A DNA stretch of 64,000 nt, from the NCBI GenBank assembly GCA_963677925.2, contig CAXXYH010000001.1:64001-128000 (forward strand), read 5' to 3'. Below, piece by piece: positions 50,550 through 60,300 of this stretch (its first letter is position 1; each line of letters begins with the position of its first letter). The notes below the pieces were generated by a model. It did not search any database, was not told where the DNA came from, and was given only the letters and a program-made list of their open reading frames with translations. Position numbers and translations under genes: made by a program. Source of the stretch: Spirochaetia bacterium (GTDB lineage: Bacteria; Spirochaetota; Spirochaetia; UBA9216).

Positions 50550-51485
50550 TTACACAGCCGGCGGAAAAATCATCAGAAAAATTACAAAAAGAATAAGACC
50601 TGTCAGAGTATACAGAATAATTGTATTCGAGAAGAAATTCATATCCTCTTTATGCTCTGCTCCTATATATATCGGTATGATAAAAGGAGGAGGTAGAAGA
50701 ATAAAGGTGAACCATGCATAAAAAAACAGTTCAGGCAGTTCCGGAATTATACGTATCAGAATGAAATAGAAGACAGATCCAAGCAGCAGTACAATCACCA
50801 GCCTTGTTATTGTAAAAATAAAGCTTCTGCCGAACTCAATATTATGAAGATTTATACCTGCCCCTACTATCAGCAGAACCACCGGCACGGTTGCCTGAGA
50901 TAGCCAGGTTACGGCAGTAATAACACCGGAACCGTAAATAAATGAAGGTTTCAGATTAAAGACATTCAGTATGACTGCAATGAGTATTGCAATTATGATG
51001 GGTGATTTTATAAAACCGGCCAGTGAGGCTTCAATTCCGGGTTTGCCTTCGGAATGGGATTTAAGAAAAGGAAGATAAATAAACCATATAAACAGTTCAT
51101 GTCCCAGACCGACTAGTGAAATTACAGAAAGACCTTCAGCTCCGAAAACGGCGCTGAAAAGAGCAACTCCTACCATACCGAATTCAAAACCGGTGAAAAA
51201 CTCAGCAGTGTATATCCTGCTGAAAAGTCTTGTTATTTTAAGCAGTCTTCCGGCGGCAAATAGAATAATCATAAAAACAAGAGTTAAAATGAAAAGCATA
51301 AGATAGTTGACTGAAAGATTTATGGACGTGAATGCCAGAAAAAGACTGCACGGAAGAAACAGAGTAACTGTCATTGTCTTTAAAAACTTAAGATTGTTAT
51401 CACTGATAATTGACGTCCGCTTTAATAGATAACCGGTAAGAATTAGAAGAAAGATTGGTATTATTCTTGGCAGCAGTTCATTCAT
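50550..51485 (-). CDS. AEC (auxin efflux carrier)/malonate-type membrane transporter
   Basis: About 10 TMs; IIPIFLLILTGY, LPCSLF and SPIIIAILIA segments. Confidence 0.75.
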   Translation of the reverse strand: MNELLPRIIPIFLLILTGYLLKRTSIISDNNLKFLKTMTVTLFLPCSLFLAFTSINLSVNYLMLFILTLVFMIILFAAGRLLKITRLFSRIYTAEFFTGFEFGMVGVALFSAVFGAEGLSVISLVGLGHELFIWFIYLPFLKSHSEGKPGIEASLAGFIKSPIIIAILIAVILNVFNLKPSFIYGSGVITAVTWLSQATVPVVLLIVGAGINLHNIEFGRSFIFTITRLVIVLLLGSVFYFILIRIIPELPELFFYAWFTFILLPPPFIIPIYIGAEHKEDMNFFSNTIILYTLTGLILFVIFLMIFPPAV

Positions 51486-51528
51486 ATATTTATTATGAAG
51501 GCTGTCCTGCTTTAACACAAGTTTTTAC

Positions 51529-51557
51529 TTGATTTTCCACCCTATTTTAAGTATTAT
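51529..51557 (+). promoter_or_regulatory. Sigma70 promoter of ssrA
   Basis: TTGATT, 17 bp, TATTAT upstream of the tmRNA. Confidence 0.6.
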
Positions 51558-51572
51558 CTTCCTACTATAAAC

Positions 51573-51933
51573 GGGGGTGCACTGGTTTCGACTGGTGGAT
51601 GTCATCGTTGTAGACTGCAGGCAGAGCTCTAACTCTTTAAACTGGAACCTAAATGTAATTGCCGAAGATAATTTCGAAGCTGATTACGCTTTAGCTGCTT
51701 AATTAACGCAGCGCGGGACACCGGGATGCTGCTCCTAAGACCGGTTGCTCCTGAAAGAAACCGGGGCTTACCTGTTATCGGGTCCGTACTTTAGCAGGGA
51801 CATTTTTGCGGAATATAGATGAAGTTGGTTCGTTTTTTCACCGTGCTTCGTCCGAAAAAAATAAGAAGAAACTAAGCTTGTAGACGTTTACGGCGGGCCC
51901 ATTAGGACGCGGGTTCGATTCCCGCCACCTCCA
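51573..51933 (+). ncRNA. ssrA: tmRNA; tag (A)AEDNFEADYALAA
   Basis: 5' GGGGGTG..GGTTTCGAC; 3' T-arm GCGGGTTCGATTCCCGC plus CACCTCCA. Tag ORF 51661-51702 ends YALAA*. CCA is not encoded. Confidence 0.95.
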
Positions 51934-51935
51934 TG

Positions 51936-51989
51936 AAATAGACTTATATAAGGTATTGTTATGATGCTTTATGTAAGTCTATTTTTTTT
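51936..51989 (+). terminator. Intrinsic terminator after ssrA
   Basis: AAATAGACTTATATAAGG...CTTTATGTAAGTCTATTT long stem plus T-run. Confidence 0.7.
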
Positions 51990-52048
51990 GGCACATCCTT
52001 TTCTTGATTTTTCCTCTATAAATTATAATATTTATTAAAGAGTTGCAT

Positions 52049-53095
52049 ATGAATATTAAAGTTATTTTTTACGATTCCAAACCTTACGATGAACTTTCTT
52101 TTAACAGGACAAATAAGTCCTATGGTTTTGATTTTACATTTCTGAAAACAAGATTAAACAAAAATACTGCAGCGCTCTCTAAAGGGTTCGATGTCGTTTG
52201 TGCTTTTGTAAACGATGAAATATCCAGTGAAGCTGCAGAAATTTTAGCTGATAACGGTATTAAACTTATAGTTTTAAGATCTGCAGGTTATAATAATGTA
52301 GATCTTAAATCAGTTTTCAAACGTATTCATGTCTTAAGGGTTCCCGCCTACTCCCCTTACGCAGTTGCTGAACATGCAGTTGCCTTAATGCTTGCCTTGA
52401 ATAGAAAAACACACCGGGCTTATTATCGCGTTCGTGATAATAATTTCAACATAGACGGTCTGCTCGGTTTTGATATGAACGGTAAAACAGCCGGGGTTAT
52501 TGGAACTGGAAAAATCGGCCGGATACTTATAAAAATTCTGCATGGATTCGGAATGAAAATACTGGCTTTTGACAGTTATCATGATAAAGAGTTTTCAGAT
52601 AAGTATGACGTCGAATATGTTGATCTGCAGACCCTATATAAGAGCTCGGATATCATTTCACTGCACTGTCCCCTTACAGCCGAAACAAAGCATATGATAA
52701 ATACCAAATCTATTGAAACCATGAAACCTGGAGTTATGATCATCAATACAGGACGCGGAAGCCTTGTTAACTCTGCAGACCTAATTGAAGGATTAAAATC
52801 AGGAAGGATTGGTTCTGCCGGTCTCGATGTATATGAAGAGGAAGCAGACTATTTTTTTGAAGATTATTCCTCTGCAACAATTGAAGATGATATCCTGGCC
52901 AGGCTAATGACTTTCCATAATGTTCTTATTACATCTCACCAGGCTTTTTTTACCGGTGAGGCTCTGAACAATATAGCAGAAACTACGCTTGAAAATATTA
53001 AGGCCTTTGCGGAAGATAAGCCGCTGGTGAACGAGATATGTTATAAGTGTGATCTGGGTTTCTGTGCCAAGGAAAAATACGGACGGTGTTTTTGA
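52049..53095 (+). CDS. ldhA: D-lactate dehydrogenase (D-2-hydroxyacid dehydrogenase)
   Basis: RVPAYSPYAVAEH, GTGKIG, SLHCPL, NTGRG, LDVYEEE and TSHQAF motifs. Confidence 0.9.
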   Translation: MNIKVIFYDSKPYDELSFNRTNKSYGFDFTFLKTRLNKNTAALSKGFDVVCAFVNDEISSEAAEILADNGIKLIVLRSAGYNNVDLKSVFKRIHVLRVPAYSPYAVAEHAVALMLALNRKTHRAYYRVRDNNFNIDGLLGFDMNGKTAGVIGTGKIGRILIKILHGFGMKILAFDSYHDKEFSDKYDVEYVDLQTLYKSSDIISLHCPLTAETKHMINTKSIETMKPGVMIINTGRGSLVNSADLIEGLKSGRIGSAGLDVYEEEADYFFEDYSSATIEDDILARLMTFHNVLITSHQAFFTGEALNNIAETTLENIKAFAEDKPLVNEICYKCDLGFCAKEKYGRCF

Positions 53096-53098
53096 GTT

Positions 53099-53365
53099 GT
53101 GGAAAATAGTTCTTTTGATGATAGTGAACTTATTGATATATCTGATACCAATTGGTATCAGGATATGACAAGCAAGAGCACACCTGGGAAGACCCTTGAA
53201 CGGTATAGGAAAAGAACAGGCATGAGCGAGCCAGAATTGGCTGAAAAGTTAGGAATGGTTAAACAGAATGTTTCCGCAATTGAAAACGGTTCAAGAGGCA
53301 TTATTAAATCAACCGCTCACAAACTTGCTGAAATCTTTCAGTTATCTCCTGGTAGATTCTTTTAA
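53099..53365 (+). CDS. XRE-family HTH protein (HigA-antitoxin-like), possibly truncated
   Basis: TPGKTLERYR..GMSEPELAEKLG...VSAIENGSRGI..AHKLAEIF; GTG start 3 bp after the ldhA stop. Confidence 0.6.
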   Translation: MENSSFDDSELIDISDTNWYQDMTSKSTPGKTLERYRKRTGMSEPELAEKLGMVKQNVSAIENGSRGIIKSTAHKLAEIFQLSPGRFF

Positions 53366-53413
53366 CCGCTGAAAGTGTAAATCGGAGCGTACCCTTGCAA
53401 CCTTTCTAAAGAA

Positions 53414-53519
53414 GCCTCAGGCTGATGGGCCTAACCTTTCTTTTTTCAGATAAAAGAAAGGTTAATTAAGAAAACCACTGCCCTCCGGGTGGTGGCGTAA
53501 TATGGGGCTTAAGAGCAGC
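53414..53519. repeat. Dispersed hairpin repeat, copy 2
   Basis: Same 31-bp core and similar flanks as 27841-27950, in the same orientation. Confidence 0.85.
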
Positions 53520-53737
53520 ACTCAATACTTAATAATTTATATAACCCTAATATAAAGCTTAACCAATCTGTCCGCCCAAAAACGGCTCGGAAACTGCACT
53601 TTCAGGCCCTGAGCTCAAAGCGATTTCGAGGCATTAAATCTGTAAGGTGATTTATATAGTTAACCGGCAGACTTCGTAAAACAGTCAGTTGTAACAAAAT
53701 CTGCCGGCATTTCAGTTTCGCTCACCGCCCTTCCGGG

Positions 53738-53761
53738 TTCGTCTAACACGTGTTAGACGAA
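53738..53761. repeat. Perfect 24-bp palindrome with attC-like core sites
   Basis: TTCGTCTAACACGTGTTAGACGAA contains GTCTAAC (RYYYAAC) and GTTAGAC (GTTRRRY). Confidence 0.6.
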
Positions 53762-53782
53762 ATTTGTTGGGACGGGAGGATA

Positions 53783-54313
53783 TTACATATCAGGACCAGA
53801 ACGTCGGTAATATAAGTTTTCCGGTCCAGTGATTACATCACCGCTATAATATGCAACTTCGCCATATTGTATATCCGGTGTTTCAATTAAGCCTAAGCTG
53901 AATTTATATTGAGATTCAGTTTCAAACCAAATGCAATTATCCTTAATATAATGTACTATTATTGTTCCAATTCTATCTTTATAATCATTATATAATTCAA
54001 GTTTGTAAATATTATTTTTTATTATCTGAACCGAGGTTATTTCATACAGAATTAGACCTTGAAAATCTAAGGAGCGATTGCGTTTATATAGATCATAATC
54101 TATTTGAACTGAACTACTATTAAGATATTCACCGATACCCCAAGAAAAAGTTCGTTCAGAACCTGGAATATCTTTATATGGTTCTTCATCCCAGACGCCA
54201 AAGATTTTTGTATAAAATCCGTCAGGTAATTCAATCCCTGAATTTAGGTTATCACCTGCAAAGAGATTTATAAGAGTTAAAATGAATACTAAAAAAAGTA
54301 TAATTTTTTTCAT
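53783..54313 (-). CDS. Putative immunity protein for the Rhs toxin (exported)
   Basis: Starts 3 bp after the Rhs stop with an AGAGG SD; signal peptide MKKIILFLVFILTLINLFA; AT-rich. Confidence 0.7.
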   Translation of the reverse strand: MKKIILFLVFILTLINLFAGDNLNSGIELPDGFYTKIFGVWDEEPYKDIPGSERTFSWGIGEYLNSSSVQIDYDLYKRNRSLDFQGLILYEITSVQIIKNNIYKLELYNDYKDRIGTIIVHYIKDNCIWFETESQYKFSLGLIETPDIQYGEVAYYSGDVITGPENLYYRRSGPDM

Positions 54314-54316
54314 TTT

Positions 54317-57300
54317 CTACCTCTTAACTACTGAGAATTGTCGCGGACTATAATTTTCAGAAATTGAATTTTTTACTCCTGTTGATGGATCCCAAACAAA
54401 ATTATTTCCTGAATTACCAAGATTTCGATGCATATTAGTATTGGCAGTTATTCCTTTATTTATATTGAATGACCATTCAGCATTATTTGATGTACCCAAA
54501 TTACTTATAAGATCAGATCTTCCTAATTTTGCTAGAGCGTTATCCATTATTGATAAATAATTTTCGACTTGATATTCGTACCCTGGTTTACTACCTGGTA
54601 CAAATGTCATCAAAAGAGCTGCTGAAGCTGGGTTTGAGACATTTGAAAGCTCTCCGGTTGCTTCGTTTATCATATCTAAAGGCATTGGACTACCCAACCC
54701 TACTTCAATTCCGGCCTGCGCAGTTCTATATGCACAAGCATCTGAACCATCAGGTGATAATTCGGTTTGTAAATGAAGTGAATCAAGTAATTTTGAATCA
54801 TATTGAGATTTTAATTCAGAATAAATAGCTCCATCAACACCACCCAAGCCTTCGTATTGAGCCATTTCATTCTTTAAGTCTGCTAACTCAGAATAATCAG
54901 AGATTTCCTGATCATGAAGACCATAGCCTTTCATATAACTGAAGTTATCTTTTACATATGCCTCTTGTTCTGTTATTTCAATCGGGGTTCCGGTGTCACG
55001 ATCGATATCAATATGGCCTGTGGTATCATCTGATCCGAGCATGGTTCTCAACCCCGTCGGGTCAACAAACTTCAACGGATTGTTACTTGCGTAGATGTAC
55101 CAGTTTAGGCCGTCTCTTATCGGGTCTTCTGTGGTGAATCGGCCGAGGTTCGGGTCATACCATCTGGCATTGTAGTAATACAAGCCTGTATCAGGATCAA
55201 AATCTTTTCCGGTGAACTGTGTTTTTTGCTCTGCAACATTCTGCTTGTCATTCAATTCACCGAAGGGTGTATATTCACCGTCCCATATAACATCAGCTTC
55301 CTCATCTGTTATCATGACTGTTGAACCAAGATGATCTGTATGGTAATAGTACTTTTTACTCATTGCTTCTCCTACTATACCATCTTCACGGGCAAATTTC
55401 GTAGTTTTTATATAAATATATTTTGACCAGGTAGAATCATATTTCTCTTCATAGAGGACATTTCCGTTAAGATCGAATACATAATAGTCAGTTCTTTCTT
55501 CCTTTTCTTTTTTGACACGTAATCCATCGGCATTATAAGTATAAGATGCCATTATTGTCCCGTTCTTTGATACTTGAATTAAACGGTTCAGAACATCATA
55601 GCTGTAATTACATAATTCATCGCTATCAGAGAAAGTTATACCTGATGTGCTGTCAGTAAAGCTGCTCCAGTTTGTCATAGCAGAGACCGAAACTTCCATG
55701 CTGTCAACAATAAGGGTTTTTCCTTTTGCTGTCATATTCCCGTTTGCATCATACTGATAGGCGTAATTACCATCCGTCATAAGACGGTTTGTCTTCGGAT
55801 AATAAAGGTAAGTATTGGATATAGTTCCAAAGTCTGTACTGTTTCCGGTATATGCGACATCAAGACTTGTCCTGTTGCCTGCGTTATCGTATGAATATGT
55901 TTCATTTATAAGCGATACATAATGATATATTTTTAGAATGTCTTCCGGAGACCCTTTGAATTCGCTTAAGGTTCTAAGAGGGTTATAATCAATATCCCTT
56001 TCATTGAAATCAGTCATGACTTTGATATATCGGGTTTTTACAGGCTTTTTAAGTGTTATTTCAAATCCGCCTGTTTCAGTTTCATTGACGGTAAAATCCT
56101 TCTGTTCCGCATAACTGTTTTCAGTATTGTTATCACTTACGAAGACCCTCAAGTCCTCAGCCTTTACACGTGTTATATCCTTCGCTGTAAGTTCAATTCT
56201 TGCTACCTTGTAGTTTCCGTTCAGATCAACCCCAATACTTCCAGCTGCATAATCAAGAAAGATTTCTGTCCCCTCAGTTTCAACCAGTATATTCTGACCG
56301 TTCACATCATCTGCTTCGATATAAAGTGTTTCCTGGTTAGATGTATTTTCAGGATTGATCGCGAAATCTTCTCTCAGGTAATCCGATAATAGTCTGTTAT
56401 TCAGATCATAATTATATGTACTTGCAAAAGCAGAATCATTTTTTATCAGGTCAGAAATATTACCTGCTTCATCATAATTAAGCGAATATTTTTTAACATA
56501 CTCAGCTTCCTGACCACTGAATATCCTCGATGTAAGCCGGCTTTCTCCATCATATTCAAGTGAAAGGCATACACCGTTTGATGCAGTAATAGATTTTATC
56601 AAGCCTCCGGCATCATAAACGGGGGCAGAATCTATATAGCCTTCTACTGATTGTAACTCACCAAGAAGGTTATAATTGTAACCAACTCTTCCACCATCAG
56701 GGGATGTAATACCAGTCACCAAATCCGAAAGATTATATTCATAAACTGTACTGAAAGATTTACCATCCATACTCGTTTCAACTGATTTTATCCTTCCAAA
56801 TACATCCGGTAGATAGGATTCCGGTGATGTGGAGACGGCTCCGTTGTACCCGGTAAAAACGTCATCATCAGATGACCATTTTACCTCGCCTGCTTCATCA
56901 TATGCAAAAGTAACAGATTTTTCTCCATTTGGTCCGGTGATGTTTCTGCTTAAAAGAAGTCCGCGATCATCATAGAGATAACTGCTTCTATTGCCGTTTG
57001 AATCAACATTTTCAATGAGCCTCCCTCCATAATCATAATCAAATTCTTTTAAGAATCCGGCATCTGATTCCTCTCTGACAAGTCGGTTCAGACTGTCATA
57101 ACTGTATATGATACTGTTTCCAAGCGCATCTGTTTCAAAGCTTATATTGCCGAATCTATCATATCCGTATGCTTTTTCAATAATAACGCTTGTTTCTTCA
57201 GATTTAACAGGGGCGAATTGTTTTATTAGTCTTTGGTAAGGATCATATTCAAATTTCTGGAAAATTTGAATTACATTGATTCCGTCTCTACCATACCACT

Positions 57301-60300
57301 GTTTTTCAATAAGATTCCCCGCTTCATCATAATCAAATCTGTTTATTGTATTCTCTGAGGTTCTTGAATATATCAATCGTCCGAGTTCATCATAATCCAT
57401 GTTTGTAATTTGATTTCTTGGATCAGTAATTTTTTTAAGTTCACCTCTTCTGTTATATTCATTGGAAGTGATGTAACTCTTTCCATCACCTGTTATGCTT
57501 TTCTGTTCCACCCATTGTCTAGGTGTATACTTATATTCTGTAACAAGACCGTCTACATCGGTCTGCTTTACTAAATTACCCCGTAAATCGTATTCAAAAT
57601 ACACAGAAGTCCTTGCTCCTCCGTTATTCTTGGAAGGAAGCTCAACTCGACAAAGTCTTTTAAGCTTGTCATATTCATAAGTCACCTTGAAATCAAGAGA
57701 CGGGTAATTACCGCTGTTTCCTCTTGGGTCTACTGCTGACTTGACAAGTCCGTCATCATAGTATTCATAGCTTGTTACACCATGTTCCGCATCTGTCTCT
57801 GTCTCAACATTGTTCCCAGGTGTGTAAGTGAAGGATGTTTCACATCCGTTCGGATCAATTTTACGGGTAACATTTCCATTTTCGTCATAGTAGATAAACT
57901 CTTCATTTAATTGTTCATCATCAAGAAAGTTCTTTATCTTTATAATTCTTCCAAGTTCATCGTATTGGTTTTTTATGATCCTTATTCCTTCAGAGGACAT
58001 CCTTGTTTCTTTAACATTGTTGCCCTTGCTGTCATAAAAATATTCGGTTACAGGACGTATTGCGATACTGGTATCAATAGAGCCACCTTCGTAAAATGTA
58101 TTCAGAGGCATACTCAGTTTAATTATTTGATTCAGACTGTTATATTTTTTTGTTATTACGGCGTCAGGATATGGACCTTCCTGTGCAATCAGATTTCCAA
58201 GTCCGTCATACCAGAATTCAGTAATGATTGTTTCATCATCAACAATCTGACTTTTCTTTATTACATTTCCTCTCATATCATAGATTTCAGTGCTTTGATT
58301 ATTTTCTTCATCCGTGATGGTGAGAGTATTTGTATCGTAGTTATAATCCATAGTTTTTGAAACAGCCCCAGTTGATGTCCTGTATGGATATGAAATCTCG
58401 CTTAGCCGTCCAAGAGCATTATATCTGTACCAGGTTACATACTCATGTATATCACCAGCATCTGTCATACCGGCATTGGGATTAATCATCTTTGTTACTT
58501 TTCCGAAGCGATCATATCCAAGCTCTATAACAGATGCAGTAGCTGAATCCAGATAGCTGCTCTGCTTAACCATCTGTGATAGATCGTTATATTCCCTGAC
58601 AATCTTTCTTCCAAGTGAATCCGTCATTGTTGAATACAATTGTCCATGAATATCATTGTAAAAAACATTGATGATATAGCTGCCCCCCGCATCTCCGGGT
58701 TCTGTTTTTGATACAACCCTGCCTAGTTTGTCAAAGGCTGTGGTTATTGTCTTCTGTCGGGGATCGGTTTCACTTATCAACCATCCAGAGTAATCATATT
58801 TATATCGCCACTTTATATCAGTCGGATTTCCATCAGCAGCGGAAACAGCTTTTTCTGTCTTGGTTAAAATATAATGATTGGCATCATAGGTGAATGATGT
58901 AACATGATTTTCAGAATCTGTAATTGAGGATAGGTCCCCTGCACTGTTCCATGTATATAAGGTTTTATTCCATACATTATTTGAAGAGTCCCAAAAAGAT
59001 TTTCCGTTTAGTCTGCCCTTATCATCGTATGAATAATAATTGTATGCTTTCACAGCAGTTCCCGCATTATTACCCGCCGTCCCTGCTGAGTCAATTAAGG
59101 GATTATAGTTAGTAACTTGTTCTTTAATTACAAGATTCTTTATTCGGGCAGGCACGTTTTCATTTATTAATCCTGATTCAGAATATTCTTTATATGAAGC
59201 TCCCGATGCACTTTCACCGCTGGAATAGTCACGGTAAGTGATATTTTTACGTACTCGTGAACCCGCAACTGAAGTCTCTTCAATTACCGTTCTATTACCC
59301 CAATCATCATAAGTGTAATTGGTAGTTATACTATCATTTCCTAAACCATGTGTTATTTTTTCGGATGACGGATTAACATCTGTCTCTTCGGCATAGCTAT
59401 TAGTTTTTGTTTTTAATAGTTTTAAATTTGAGCTGCTGTTATTTATTTTCTCATACCATTTTTCATTATTAAGACGGCTTCCTGAATTTTCATCATCTTC
59501 TATTGTTTCTGAAGTGATGATTCCATCTTCCTCGCTCCAGTAGGTCTTTGTTAGTTTCTTGAATTCATAATTATATGCGATATATCTATTGTGATTAAGT
59601 TCATCAACAATACTTTTAGAAATGTAATAGCCGTAGTCACTATCAGCATCTGTAAAATCATAACCGTACATAGTGGCTCTAACACTGTCTTCACTTCCTG
59701 CAGCATAATCATTGTAAACAGTTACCTGCTTTGTCAGAAGTCTGCAATATGCGTTTTCATCGTCACTCGGATGAACCGTATCGTATGTTGCTTCAATTCT
59801 GCCCATACCGGGACCTTCGATTGTTGACAGTGGTTTGTATGTATATTCTGATACTGGTTCGGCCAGATTTGAAATAATATCATATAAATCTGTATCATCA
59901 TAAAATTCTTTAAGAGCTTCGGTTAGACTGAATGGGACTGGATTTTTGGGTCCTCCGACATAATATTCATTGCCATATCCATAGGACCAGTTTCTTCCTC
60001 CAGTATCAATTGAAGAGATAAGGTAACCGTTTTCCTGAGTGTAGCTGATGCTTCTTCTATATGGATCTGCTGAATCAAGACTTATTTTTTTTATGTATGG
60101 CATATCTATAGAATCTGAAGTTTCAGCATATTCAAAGGAAAGATTTCGGCCAACTGAATCTGTTATTTTATCAATTTCATAGCTGCCACTTGCATAGCTG
60201 ACACTGATTGAAAACTCTTCATCGCTGCTTTTAATTTCTGTGGTTCTTCCTTTTCCATCAAATATATATTGTTTTCCATCTGTCAGAGTAAGTGTATATG

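Noticed and set aside
27861-53463. 31-bp identical repeat as a CRISPR repeat
   Set aside because: Only two copies, about 25 kb apart, with no spacer array and no cas genes.
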